NCBI GenBank assembly: GCA_040437565.1
Contig: JBDOQK010000006.1
Span: 62,001 to 126,000 of the forward strand
DNA: 64,000 nucleotides
Reading direction: 5' to 3'
Origin: Albugo candida
Lineage: Eukaryota
Made by a program: the position numbers and the translations under genes
Notes under the pieces: model-generated
Told to the model about the DNA's origin: nothing
What the model saw: only the letters and a program-made list of their open reading frames with translations
Database searches by the model: none
Shown: positions 12,240 to 25,928 of the stretch, piece after piece
Position numbering within the stretch: the stretch's first letter is position 1
How the letters are laid out: each line of letters opens with the position of its first letter

Positions 12240-12944
<705 letters not shown>

Positions 12945-13541
12945 TTTAGTGCTTTCGTTTGGATATACACGATCATTGCTTTACCATTTGCTTTGAAAGA
13001 CGGACACATGTCTTTGTTTTCTTATTCGTTTCCGCTGTTTTCTACTTGCTGTTTCACGCTTTACCGGCATAATTGTGTTAGCTGAAAGGGAACAAGCGAT
13101 TCTCAAACAGCGTTCTTCTCCTTAACGCGCGATTAAGAATTCTGTCAAATTGAAAGGCTGATGTGCTATTTTGGTAAAAAGTAACTTTTGATGAATACTC
13201 TTCGATCCGCTAATATGAAGAGTGATGTTCTCGATGGAACTGGCAACTACGGGGAATTGTATGAACCGATAGAAGCATGTATAAGTGCACATCACATTAC
13301 AGGCTAACGCATATGGCTTGGTAACATGATTCGACAAAGTTTTACTACTGTGTAGTATAGTGCATATGCGCCTGGAGCGTCATTTATACCTACTACTTTT
13401 TCTTGGAATAGGGCCGCACCAAGTAGATCACAAGAAGGCACAAGACATTGCACATTGCACCAAATACACATCATGAATTTGGCTCCTCAGCGCAACGCTT
13501 TTAAATATATATCCTGCAAACGTACCTCTCCTAAACATCAT

Positions 13542-13612
13542 GCGCCGTTGGTTTAGTGGTAAAATATCTCGTTGCCATCGAGATGCCCCGGGTTCGATTC
13601 CCGGACGGCGCA
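13542..13612 (+). tRNA. tRNA-Gly (GCC)
   Basis: 71-nt cloverleaf: acceptor GCGCCGT/ACGGCGC-A, anticodon stem TCTCG/CGAGA with loop TTGCCAT, T-loop GGTTCGATTCC. TA-rich upstream, T-run downstream. Confidence 0.97.
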
Positions 13613-14356
13613 CATTTATCTCTGTGTTTTCAGGTGAGTCTCATATTCTCAAGAGTTTCCGTTCACATCGTATAATTGCTTTAAACCCACGTCGGCATCC
13701 ATTATAATTGCAATTTCAATTCACGATGTTGCGAAAGAAGCGTCAAATCTCATAACTCCTACATCATTATAGGATTCTGCGTTAAGAGAGATTTATTGAA
13801 GTCTATTAACAGTCCTCCCTTCACTTGGGTTGAATGGACAGAGTCTGCATTCAAATTAAAAAAAAAAGCTACCAGGGGAGCGGGACAAGCGGTCTCTATA
13901 TATTGATGCAAAAGATAGAGGTAAAAAAGTACTTCCAAAAAGTGTCGCTTTCTAGCTCAATCAAATCCAATCATGATCCATGTGGAAATCAGCACACAGG
14001 ATCAACTCCGACTATGAGCCCCACACGGTCAATTGCGCGAAAAAACACAGTGTAAGACGTAACAACCGTCAAGAATGAATGTATTGGTCACATTACAAAA
14101 ACTGCAAGATGACTATGTAGTCTCGCGCATTCTTAGTATTCAGATATTAAAGCCCAGGGCAATGATATTCTACTTCTTCGCTGGAATTATACAGAGCCTA
14201 CAAGTCACTCTATAGGTGGAGTTACATAAATTCTTCTACAAAGCGAGCCAAACGGTAAGCCGAACTGGAGTACTGAATTATAATCTAGCAGAGGACACTA
14301 CAGAAACATCACCAAATATCATTCTACTTCCACTCATTCATGTCCGAGCGAAAATG

Positions 14357-14427
14357 TGCGCCGTCCGGGAATCGAACCCGGGGCATCTCGATGGCAACGA
14401 GATATTTTACCACTAAACCAACGGCGC
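14357..14427 (-). tRNA. tRNA-Gly (GCC), identical copy, convergent
   Basis: Reverse complement of 13542-13612, followed by CATTTT. Confidence 0.97.
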
Positions 14428-15443
14428 TTTACATACACTGATGTCATATATAGTATAAATAAAGCGTAACACAGCATTGTGGCTTTTTTGAACGGCGACC
14501 AAGAACTTCTGCTCTTTTCGTGGTCTACACCCGAATTTTGTGCTTATTCTGTACTCTTAAAGGCAGCGTTACGATCAATACAAACACATTAAGCTCAGCA
14601 AGGTCTGGATTAACTCGCAAAGTATCACTTGTTCTTTTTTCGGAACTTGACGGTTGTTGCTGTACGGCATCGACAAGCAGAAGTGCAAGTGCACCTCGGA
14701 CAATGCGTGAATTTAGCCACAGGTTGGACATAGTCTCGTATTGTTCTGGGCCACAATGTAGGAGTGTCAACAGTAAGACATATTGTCAACTCAGAGGTAT
14801 TTTCATGGAAGTTTTATATGTATTAATAAAATTCAGGACACCCTAGGCACGTAGAGATATTTCGAGTCATATCAACATTTTCACTGATATGACTATACCT
14901 GCACTCAATATATTTTGTGGAACTTGATTATGCGAAGAACAAAGCCCTAGCAGTGTATGGGTATTTTCTGTGTGACTTGGCCCTTTTCCTTTGTAACGAT
15001 CCTATACTGTTGTTATTTAATATCAACAGCGCTTACGCGGCGGAATCGAGTCCGTTTGAGAGATCCCTAGCTTTCGCTTGCGCCTGTCGGATTCAAAATG
15101 CGGTCAGCATTGGCTGTTTAGTTTTCATCCTAGGTTTGCCATCACACCCAAGCACTGAAAAACTGGTACTAGAATAAACGATCGAAATATGGAAATTTCT
15201 AACTTTCTTCCTCCTGGCACGACTGCGCAAAAGGTGAAACAGTATTTTCGTGGACCAGATCAGCTCGCACGGCTTCTTCAATATTTCTACAGTATCCTCA
15301 AAGCCTGTCTTTCACGAATAAAGTTAGCGGCACACGAGTGAAAGGAGAGGAAGAGAAGTGAATGGAAGCAAGCCGAGTATTGAGAGATGTTAAACTAAGG
15401 TAACAATATAAAGGATGAAAGCGTCAGAGTCTGTATATTGCAA

Positions 15444-15671
15444 TCAATGTTGATTAGGTCCATGTGATATATCGCTTCTCTTCATAAGCAGTTTTCTGTT
15501 TGGTGGTGGTGGCTCGGGTTTTTTGGGGCGCGCTTGTTTAGCGGGTCTTGTATCTGACGGGGGAAGCCTTATGTGCACAGAAGTATGTTTCTTGGGTCCA
15601 ACGTCTTTTATTGAACAGACTTGTACGTTTACGATTGAAAAGCCAATGGCGAGAATCAAATAGAATTGCAT
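15444..15671 (-). CDS. Small secreted Pro/Lys/Arg-rich protein (75 aa), effector candidate
   Basis: Signal peptide MQFYLILAIGFSIVNVQVCS, mature part ...RPAKQARPKKPEPPPPNRK. Inr/FPR-like GCATTCTCCAATAT upstream; paralog at 63827. Confidence 0.65.
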   Translation of the reverse strand: MQFYLILAIGFSIVNVQVCSIKDVGPKKHTSVHIRLPPSDTRPAKQARPKKPEPPPPNRKLLMKRSDISHGPNQH

Positions 15672-18274
15672 TGGTACCAATTCGCGAATAGAGATATTGG
15701 AGAATGCGCAAAGACCTGCTACTCAACTTGAAGAAGTTATGGAGTAACTGCATAGAATACTGGATGATAGAAAGCCAACTTCGATAAAATTAAATTTAAA
15801 CAGCTTTCTTCTACATTGTACTTGAACATGACATGCAAATTACGCATGCCGCCATTTCTGCCGCTAAACCATGATTGTGGCAGGAGTTATAGGTCGTAGA
15901 ATTCCACCCATCGTTCCCGTTAACCCTCATCAGGAAGCGCCTGAACAGAGCCGGATGAGATATAGGCGAAATAGGTTACATGATAGATAGATGCTCACAG
16001 CCCTGGATCGCATTTCTTCGTTAGTGTTTTCTATTGTTATAGTTTCGAAGAAAATTCGTTTATAGAGAACACATTGTACCAAATAATTCTATCAGCGTTA
16101 AATTAGTGCAAGCTGAAACTCCAATGTCACACTAGAAAGATACTCTATGCATTTAATGTCAAGCAGAAACCTGCCCCACGATGTCAGCTGAGTACATGAT
16201 ACATTACTAGATCATGAAAGAAGTTTTATACAGGCAGGAGGTTGAGAGAGTAAATTGCTGCTGTTCGCTGGCAGAGTACGTGATTTTATTTTTACTATAA
16301 ACCAGTATGGATTTTACCGCATTCTAAGAAATTCCGCTTATCAACTCTGCGATATTGAGATGCCTTTGACCCATTTCCAATTTCTTGGTGGATGGCTTGT
16401 GCGGAAGGAAGCCAAGCGTTCGTCTCAACAACGCCATGCCAAATATAAGTAAGCTCGTAACCATAAGGAAGTATGGGGCAGACAGCCTACATCGTTGAAA
16501 GGCTGCACAGAATGAAGAATGGGAGCGAAGTTTCTACCACGCGTGAGCGACAGTCTACAGCGTGCTAATAGCTTTTACAAAATATAGGAGCATTATAGCT
16601 TAGAAACGTTGTTGCCTGACACTCATTTTGCTTCGGCACGCATGAGTTGCCGTCTCCAAAGCATGTCAACTTGAGCCAGAACAATTCTCCTTAGCTCGAA
16701 AGATAATCAAATAACTAACGGCTAAAACGGAAATGTCAGCACGACTTGGCCAACCAGAAAAGGTTCAATTTCTCGCAATAAGAATGCCATTATAAATTGG
16801 CATCATCGGAAGCAATTGCGTTATGAAGTAAAATTAGACGCCGATAATGGGTCATTCCAACGAATTGTTTGAAGATGCATCAAACAACATAAACAAATCG
16901 ACAAATAGGCGAGAAAATGATCACTTTGCACATTACATTTTTTGCGAAATCAAAGCCATTCATCACCTGCATCGAAACTCATTTGCATTGACGATACATT
17001 GCATCTAATCTCTTGACAAAGAAAATCCACATCTTACCTTATCTGGCCTTAAAATCTGCCGAAAATCATAGACCCTCACATCCAATTTTCTCTCTCTCAG
17101 ATCACGTATTGCAGAAACCAGGCTAAGGATGATTGTATGTACCTAGATTGGCACATTGATGCCAGCTTTAGAGCTCGTACTGCTGGAGCTGAATTAACTT
17201 TGGCACTTTTGACGTGCTCATGACTCTAATCTTATAAGATATCCATTATTATATTCTTTTAGCTCATGTTGCATACTAATCAAAGAAATAGTCACATACG
17301 GCTTCCGTGATAGTAGTTGCTTCTCAGTGTTAGAAAGATATGTGTATTGGGTTGATACGTACCGTGCTTGAGCTACTCCAGCTCTCATAAAAGGAGATCA
17401 GCAACGATTACGTAGCTACTTGTTCCAACAGTTCGTTGTTGTCCGAATGCAGAAGCCTTGTGGCATATGTCAGCAAAAGAAGCTCGCACAAATGGCTCTG
17501 TTCAGAACGCGTGATTTGAACATACGTCAAGCATTTTTAGTACCGAGCGAGCCGACTAAAGGAAAAGTGACCACCGTGACGAAAGCAAGATCAGCTTGAG
17601 AACTAGCGTGTCTAAAGTCTGCGAGAAATGATGTGTTTTTGTGGCTGGACTTCATACGCTTGGAGGCCCATGTTAGAGATGAACCATATTATTGTCCAAA
17701 GCGCTTCAAGAATGTCCTGACTCTGGGATTCCGCTGGCAGAATCGATTGTAATCGAATTCGAATTCGCGTCAAGACCACATTATCACCGAGCTTCATTCG
17801 CTATTTTGAAAAGCAAAGAGAGCACACGAATCCTTCATTATGCTCGGCAGTTAACCGTCTTGGCAGGAGCGAATGAACACCAACCTTGGCAACTGTCGTC
17901 AAATGTCGGAATGTTTGGGCACATAACAATCTGCTGAATTGAAGTACGGGATTACACCAGATGCTTTCGGTTTTTATCTATTAAAGTGCATAGAGGCTGA
18001 ACGCAAAATGTGGTGAAAAGTTGGCGTAAATCCCAAGCAAACCGAGCACGGACGAAAACCGAAAAGCGCATACAGTTAAGTTTGTCAGTTCCCGAAAACC
18101 TGCCAACACATACAAACAGTAATCTGATCCGACTGCCCGGCTGGTCCACTACTGTTTTGTCTTTCAAAGTATTGAATATGTCAAGCTTGATAACGACTCT
18201 GTTGAGGAATGCACACGGTTTGGGAGTAAAAGTATGTATTGAATTATATAAAGGAAAAAGGGATAAGGGATTTT

Positions 18275-19237
18275 TCATTCGGATTTTTTGAAAGATAATC
18301 TGTTGAACGTACCTGTAACTTTCTTCGTCAGCTGCTTCACTGCTTTTCTCCCTTTTTTTTTTGCGGACTCCTGTAGCTTTCCAATTCGACTAGGCTTCTT
18401 GTCACCTTGGGACGAATCAGAGTCGGATTCGGCCGCGTCATCCGAATCGTTTTCAGGTTCTTCATAGTTGGATACGGCCATGTTATTTCTATGGTCACCA
18501 ATTTCACCAGAGCGGGATCCGTACGCACGATCAATGTGGTTTCCAGATTCATCCGAGGAGTCAGATGCATCAGAGTCGGCATCGACCGCGCTGGATGAAG
18601 GACCTTCAGAACCGGGTTCGGGTTGATAAGGTTTGTATGGAAGCATGGGAGGTGCCCGTTGGTGAGTATGAGGTGGTCCAGGGAGGGGAGCTGTATAACC
18701 ACGAGCGGGTGCACCATTTTCGGGCTTATCATAAGGAGATGCGATTGCAAGTGGGAGATGATTCTGATGAGTGGAAGAGTGCTGTGAATATAGTTGTTGG
18801 CCAGAAGGGAGACGTGGATACTGTTGATGGTGAACTTGTGCTTGTGGTGGTGCTTGATGTTGGCGTAGAAGATACTCATACATCTCCCATTCATTATTTT
18901 CTTTCACAGCTTGCACATTATGCAAATCATTATGATGATAGCTATGCGGTATTAAAGTGTCCTCTCCCTCGAACTCGTCATGTGGTACCGAGTATATATT
19001 ACCATAGTCCATAAGTTCATCTGTTCCGACTGGATAATTATACGAGTAATGGCTTTGGTGATTCATTAGATTTCGACTGGAGACGGGATTGCTTTTGATG
19101 ACTTTTGCGCTGGAGTCCATTCTTACTCCGTCGATGTTGCTTGTATCCTTTTTTTCTTCAATACCTTCTCGCAGTGCCATTCCATGAGACGTGGTTGCAA
19201 GGACCAGCATATTCGCGACCGAGATGTGAGCTTTCAT
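18275..19237 (-). CDS. Secreted low-complexity orphan protein (320 aa), effector candidate
   Basis: Signal peptide MKAHISVANMLVLATTSHG; His/Gln/Pro-rich middle, Asp/Ser-rich region, basic C-terminus KKKGRKAVKQLTKK. Intronless; strong Inr/FPR upstream. Confidence 0.8.
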   Translation of the reverse strand: MKAHISVANMLVLATTSHGMALREGIEEKKDTSNIDGVRMDSSAKVIKSNPVSSRNLMNHQSHYSYNYPVGTDELMDYGNIYSVPHDEFEGEDTLIPHSYHHNDLHNVQAVKENNEWEMYEYLLRQHQAPPQAQVHHQQYPRLPSGQQLYSQHSSTHQNHLPLAIASPYDKPENGAPARGYTAPLPGPPHTHQRAPPMLPYKPYQPEPGSEGPSSSAVDADSDASDSSDESGNHIDRAYGSRSGEIGDHRNNMAVSNYEEPENDSDDAAESDSDSSQGDKKPSRIGKLQESAKKKGRKAVKQLTKKVTGTFNRLSFKKSE

Positions 19238-19264
19238 CGTATTAGGAGATTGTTTTGGACAAGG

Positions 19265-19280
19265 AAAATTGCAGAATGAG
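19265..19280 (-). promoter_or_regulatory. Oomycete Inr+FPR core promoter of the 320-aa secreted gene
   Basis: CTCATTCTGCAATTTT on the - strand fits the YCATTYYNCAWTTY consensus, ~28 nt upstream of the ATG. Confidence 0.75.
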
Positions 19281-21940
19281 TAGAATTGAACGCGATGCAG
19301 ATTTGTAGAATGCCGATCAATCCAGTAGAAGCCAGATTGCGGAGTGGTTCGATGTCGCTTCTCTACGACAACAGAGTTGTACCCCTACGTGCATGCAACC
19401 GGAGCGAGCTTTCCGGTCTCGTTCCAAGTGGTCAATGCTCTTACATTTATCGCGTTGTAAATTTTACAACTTCGAATCAGTAAATCGATGCCACGTTTGA
19501 GATTACAAGCAAGATATATATGCGATGTTGTTACTCGAATGTAGCACAAAACGTTGATCAACGAAAATTGCTTGAATCAAGTCTTTTCTTATTCTTGCGC
19601 TGAAAGAGAGCTTATAACTTGACAGACTCTACTTCGCTTGAAAGCAGTGATTACATTCATAATGATGTTTACGAGCTCCTGTTTACACGCACAAATAGTT
19701 GCAACAATATTGGCGCTTTACATTTTTTACTACAATAGCAGAAAGAACCTCGTCAGGTTGGTACGGAAAGATGGTTATAGTGGTACACTTCCGAAGAAGT
19801 AGGCGACCTCATCCGCTTCCGAAAATTCAGCCTTCGTCGTGCGTGATTCGACGTGCTCATTACAAGAAAAAAAAAGTCCAGGCACAGATAGTGTGCATCA
19901 AAGTCCGTATGTTTGTGCTCAAATTAGAGGACCCTCCAGTCGATTCACTTTACAATAATCACCAAGGTTCACCCATGCCAAACAACACAACAAAGGTATT
20001 TTGTAGCTTTGATTCTTATCAGTATTAGTCATGCTGAAAGGTGCATTGGAAACTTCATCATCATCTGTCAAGCCATTGTACAGACCGTTCATATACTGAT
20101 ACGACTCGCATTTCAATTAGACCGAGTAGGTCGTCTGTTTACATTCATATGACATCATGAATTTTGACGAATATGTGTGTTCCTACAAATACAAGCATGC
20201 AATGTGAGAAAGTATGTGTCGTGACAATAAACGCGCTCTTATTCTGCTCCATCTATTTACGCTGAGCAAAGCTTGGACTTAAGATCACATAGTTGGAAGT
20301 ATAATAAGGTATAGAGATTAGTCAGTCTCGAGATATTTGAATGATGGGTGGACGTCGATCATTGCCTTTTAGTTGACGGTGAATGTTCTTATTTAGATAC
20401 GATAGGGTTATTGAAGCAGGCTTTGCTATGAACAGCTACTGCTTTGTAGCCTAAAAGCATTAATGATGATTCTGATTGTTACTAGTAGCACATTATTTGT
20501 GATAGGAGATGCTTATGATTGAAGCTGCAGACTTGAACAAAGCGTGGATCAAGTCGTCATGCCTTTTTTGAGGTCAAATGGAAAAAGTAACATTCTTGTC
20601 AGAACTGCGTACTGAATCGCTGAGCTACTTGATACAAATCTCCTGCGGGGTGAGATACAATTCTGAAGACTTGTTGCACATAGGTGTGGACTGCTTCATC
20701 TTAGAATGATGTCGACTTTGTGGCAGCAGAACTGTAGATCCCGTAACCAAAAAGGTAGTAGTTCGCCAGCTAGTCGTTTTGCTCCAGCCTCGATCAAATA
20801 GAGTCTCGGATAGAAAAGCATGCTAATATTCCGATGTTGTAGTGTAGCGGCCTTGAACTATCCCGTATCGAACTGTGTGGAAATCTGCAAACGATAATTG
20901 GAAGACTCGATGGGACAACGTGCTGCTTCGACGTGCTGTAAGATTTGGTTAATGTTTGCCTCGCCCTGGCTTGACTCCAAACATATATAGCTACAGACTT
21001 GCCAGTTTGTAAGAGCTTTGTTGCATTCTAACTGATGTAATGATAGAGAGAATCATTTAAGCAGTAGCCATATTATTATCAGAAAATCAAGTAAATAAGA
21101 GTTCTGTATCATGTTGAAGAGCTACCTTAAATGAAAACGTAGATGCCACTCTTATGCGCGGTGCAATCGTTCGAATCTGTTTGGATAATCGTATTGAAGC
21201 TGATGATAGGTAAGGAATAGGGATGGATGAGAAGGACACATTTCCTACCCACAATGCATTTCGGCGCTGTAGAAGATAATTACGCTTACGCTTTGAGTAT
21301 ATTTCCTTGTAAGAAGTCGATCTAGTTGCGCGCGATCGCACAGAAAGAAATATTGTTATCTATCTCTCAGTTTCGACGCTACAAGTCACAGACGGCTCCC
21401 TTGATTGTAGTTGCTTCTCAGTGTTGATCACCGCAAAGCTCAAGCAAGAAGATATATGTATTAGGCTCTTTATACCTACCGTTCTGTCACATCAATTCAA
21501 TGATTAGATTCCTGAACAAACAGATCTCAAATGAAGACCATGCATATGTCGAGACAACTCTGTAAGCACCCCATTGAAAGATACTGCCTGGTGAAACCAC
21601 AAATTGATTTACTTCTCTTTTCTTGTCAGACAATCTATACATTCACCTGAGGCGCGCAACTCAGTGTTTATTATAACGCGTCAATATTTCTAAAAAAAAA
21701 TTATACTATAGTACTCTGAAAGCGCTGCGCTCGATGCAAGAGGGCCTGCACATGGGAATCAACGAGTACTTTAGCAGTTTCTTGTAGATGTCTCATTAAA
21801 CGCACAAATTCCACTGTGCACGGTCTCCGAGTACTCAAATCAAGATACTATCACAATATTAACGCTACTCCCATAAGCGTACTGACTGTTTTGTCCTTTC
21901 TGAATCGTACAACCAGCACGCATACATTCTCATACGCAAC

Positions 21941-24900
21941 ATGGTGTTCTTCTCCGTCACCTTTCTCGCAATCATATTCCTCAGCATTCAATGCATCCCA
22001 ACTCATAATGCGTCTGAATCCCTTCAGAATACTTTCTTTTATCCAAATTCATCAACTTCCCCAAATCAGAACATAGTCGAGTTATCCTCTAAAAACTCTT
22101 CAATAACAGAACTCTCGGAGCATCAAAATGATGAAAATTGCGGAAAACCGCAGCCCGGGCAAAACTTTGCATTGTTTTATCTCTTTTGTTACCGTCAGAG
22201 GTATCCCATTCAGGATATAATGAGCTTATATTTCGGCATCGGAATGAAAATCAAACACAACATGGAGCACATTTATAGGGACGGAATGTCTGTTGTCTTC
22301 AAATCGACGCCTAAAATGTTCAATCGCGCTGCAAAGAGTTTCGGTGCGTATACGATGAAAACACTCGTTTTTCCAAAGTTGTACGCATACGGAAAGTCCT
22401 TTGTCGACTCACTCGCAAAACTTTATGTTTCTTTGTGGAGAAACGAATTGGAACAAGCAAACAATCGATTTCAAAGTATGACTTTCGATGAAAAAAGCAA
22501 ACTTTGGAAGCGGCTGACTGAAAACAAATTCGATCAATACGCCGTCCTCGTGCAAGAACGCAATAAAAGCGGTAGAATCGAAGCGTATAAAGCGGATGGA
22601 GTGTATCGAGTCTACGGCGCATACGCGACGCATTATAAAGCGATAAATAGTGAGTACGAGGCTTCCGTGTATTTCCGAGAAGATGAAGAGGAAGAGATCA
22701 GATTTAGAGCTTCCGATCGACAATTTCTTCCGAGGCTATCATTACCTCCTTCCATCGCGTTCCCGTGGCCGTGGTCAAGCGAACTAATAAAGCGGAGAAG
22801 CTCAATTCTCATAATGAAAGAGTACCTGGAAGCATTCCAACGCTCTTTCACCACCTCAGAGCCCAATAATGGTACCTCCAGCAACGATACAAGCTCGAAT
22901 ACAAATGACTTGGCCCATCAATACCTCCGATATGTTCACGATATGGATCCCGAGCCCAGCGGTTTGAATGAGTTGAGATATTTGAGTGACGGTGGGAGTC
23001 TTATGAGTGGAAATGGAGCATCGAATCGCTCAAAGTGTCTGAATGAACAGCTTTGGTCATTCCACTACGCTACAGGGATCCCTGATCTCACCATCTACAA
23101 AGTTGCTAATGCATCCGATGCGATATTTCCCAATTTTACAGAGTTCCTGGCCACAACATGTAACAATACCACGTCTTTCTTACAATCACTCGATATTGAG
23201 ACAGCAAATTCCTCCGAGAGCGATTGGAATGACGAGAATGGAGATTGTCCTTCAAATTGTGCACCAACGATTCCAAACTATTCTTTGAATCGATCGATTG
23301 TGTATGAAGCCTCCATTCCCTTTTATACGTATCCATTCTTCCGTTTTTCTAAGAAAATTGAGTGGAGGCGATCAGGAGTGACCATTTTCACTCCGAATCT
23401 GATGGAATACGTTCTTTGTCAGCGATTCTATCAATGTGCAAATGGGAATCGAGTCCAACGCGTCCTTCTTATCAAGGAAATCATCCAAGACGCAACTCTG
23501 CATGAGCTGAAAGGCATTTCCAGTGGTATCCAAGCGTCATCGACGGTCTGGTTTTCTCAAGAAGATCGAAATTCGGACGAGTATGCGGACGCAATCCTCG
23601 GCTTTGCGTCCAACATTCTTGAAAACCTCACTGTCAAACAGCCTGGGGACTCATCTCCAACACTCGGGGAAGCGCTTTATCGCCGCATGGAAGCGGCTGA
23701 CTCGATTCTCCATTCGGACTCATACTATACGTACTCCACTGAAGCGCGTGCATCAATTCAGCAGTACGATATCGCTCCGCTGACAGAATTTTCGGAAGAC
23801 GAACTACTCAATTTGATCGATTTCACTCAATCCATCACATACAAATTGTCAAATGAAATCAACGCATATGTCCAACGACGTCGTGAAAACAGCCTTTACA
23901 GCCTCCTTTTGAATGCCACAAAGCATCGACAGCGATATGACACTCGAAAAGCGTTGACAGAGATCGCCATGTTGTCAGATCATCGAGCAGCGGGCTTTTT
24001 AGTTTACGAAACCAATCGGCTGAATGTTGTGTACCGAGACCTGAGGGTACCGCATCCATTTCACTTCATTATGCGCTTATTGATACGCCTTCACGAGAGT
24101 CAGTTGCTTCTCTTAAAAGAATCCNNNNNNNNNNNNNNNNNNNNNNNNNNNNNNNNNNNNNNNNNNNNNNNNNNNNNNNNNNNNNNNNNNNNNNNNNNNN
24201 NNNNNNNNNNNNNNNNNNNNNNNNAGAAAATTGAGTGGAGGCGATCAGGAGTGACCATTTTCACTCCGAATCTGATGGAATACGTTCTTTGTCAGCGATT
24301 CTATCAATGTGCAAATGGGAATCGAGTCCAACGCGTCCTTCTTATCAAGGAAATCATCCAAGACGCAACTCTGCATGAGCTGAAAGGCATTTCCAGTGGT
24401 ATCCAAGCGTCATCGACGGTCTGGTTTTCTCAAGAAGATCGAAATTCGGACGAGTATGCGGACGCAATCCTCGGCTTTGCGTCCAACATTCTTGAAAACC
24501 TCACTGTCAAACAGCCTGGGGACTCATCTCCAACACTCGGGGAAGCGCTTTATCGCCGCATGGAAGCGGCTGACTCGATTCTCCATTCGGACTCATACTA
24601 TACGTACTCCACTGAAGCGCGTGCATCAATTCAGCAGTACGATATCGCTCCGCTGACAGAATTTTCGGAAGACGAACTACTCAATTTGATCGATTTCACT
24701 CAATCCATCACATACAAATTGTCAAATGAAATCAACGCATATGTCCAACGACGTCGTGAAAACAGCCTTTACAGCCTCCTTTTGAATGCCACAAAGCATC
24801 GACAGCGATATGACACTCGAAAAGCGTTGACAGAGATCGCCATGTTGTCAGATCATCGAGCAGCGGGCTTTTTAGTTTACGAAACCAATCGGCTGAATGT

Positions 24901-25921
24901 TGTGTACCGAGACCTGAGGGTACCGCATCCATTTCACTTCATTATGCGCTTATTGATACGCCTTCACGAGAGTCAGTTGCTTCTCTTAAAAGAATCCAAA
25001 AGGATTGTGATCTGTGGTACGCTCACAGAATTCAATTTGTCGTACGTTCGCTGTCAGCGAGCGCACTGAGTGGCTTTTGTAACGCGATAATATAAAAAGA
25101 GTCATTTGATTGATTTCTTACAAACACTCTTTTTATTTTGTATTTTGTGGTTTGCATTTTGTACGGAATGAAAGAATTTGTGACAGGAAAAGTGGCAGAG
25201 AAATTGCGTGCGAAAGGATCGTTTTCATATCACTCGACAATGAAAACTTTCCATCGCGTGTTGAAGCTGTATGGAAAAAGTATTGTTCTGTGTATTTGGG
25301 AGCAAATAGAGACATTACATTTGTCAAATCGCAACGAAAAAGCAATTACACTTATTATGACACCACATATCGTCTTATTGGGTGTATTACTGCTGAAATG
25401 TATCGGAAATTCACACATGCAAGTGATGGTGAGGTTTTATACACAATGTATCGCTTTTTGACACGTTCGTTACAGTGTCGTGTTGGCATTGCATTGGTAT
25501 TGGTGTCGTCCACTTTATTTACAATCATTCACTCGGCACTTCGTCTCTATATGAATATCTGTTGCTGTATACCATCTCTTTGGTATGTATTGAGAGCTCT
25601 GCAGTGTGTAGGAACAGCACTTTATATGTGCACAAGTGTTCTGCCTTTAGCTCAGACGTCAGAGTCGCAATCGGTAAGCCACAAATTATGCAGCGATTTG
25701 ATTGCAAACTGGTAAGCAGGTGATAGTAAACCATATGCAACCTCACACAATCTTATTCGTGCAGCGAGATGGGCTTTTTACGCCGTCTGAGTCATTTTAT
25801 TGGCGCCATACTTTTCCTTGAGCTCATTTCAATACTTTTGCTGTGTGACGCAATTCGATCATGTCGGAGCTTTTATTTGAGACATATCCTCTCACAACAA
25901 ACATACAAATTTTCAGACTAA
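21941..25921 (+). CDS. Orphan glycoprotein: signal peptide, long N-glycosylated ectodomain, multi-pass TM C-terminus (multi-exon)
   Basis: MVFFSVTFLAIIFLSIQC signal; many N-x-S/T sequons; hydrophobic helices in the 25110-25900 exons. The 1042-aa ORF is inflated by 291 codons by the gap duplication. Joining of the 3' exons is inferred. Confidence 0.65.
23352..24997. repeat. 773-bp duplication across N gap (23352-24124 = 24225-24997); assembly artefact
   Basis: Apparently identical flanks of gap 24125-24224, offset 873. Confidence 0.9.
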
Positions 25922-25928
25922 GATTGTA

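Larger units (their letters stand above)
17291..21483 (+). repeat. Diverged ~75-100 bp direct repeat pair (17291-17365 and 21385-21483)
   Basis: Shared core GTAGTTGCTTCTCAGTGTT (17313 and 21407) with similar flanks gtcaca.acggct.cc.tgat and aagatat.tgtatt.gg...tacc. Confidence 0.6.

Noticed and set aside
13428-14416. ORFs 13428-13613 and 14216-14416
   Set aside because: Shadow frames overlapping the tRNA genes on the opposite strand.
23352-24997. Apparent internal domain repeat in the 1042-aa ORF
   Set aside because: Identical copies flank the N gap; in frame only because the offset (873) is a multiple of three.
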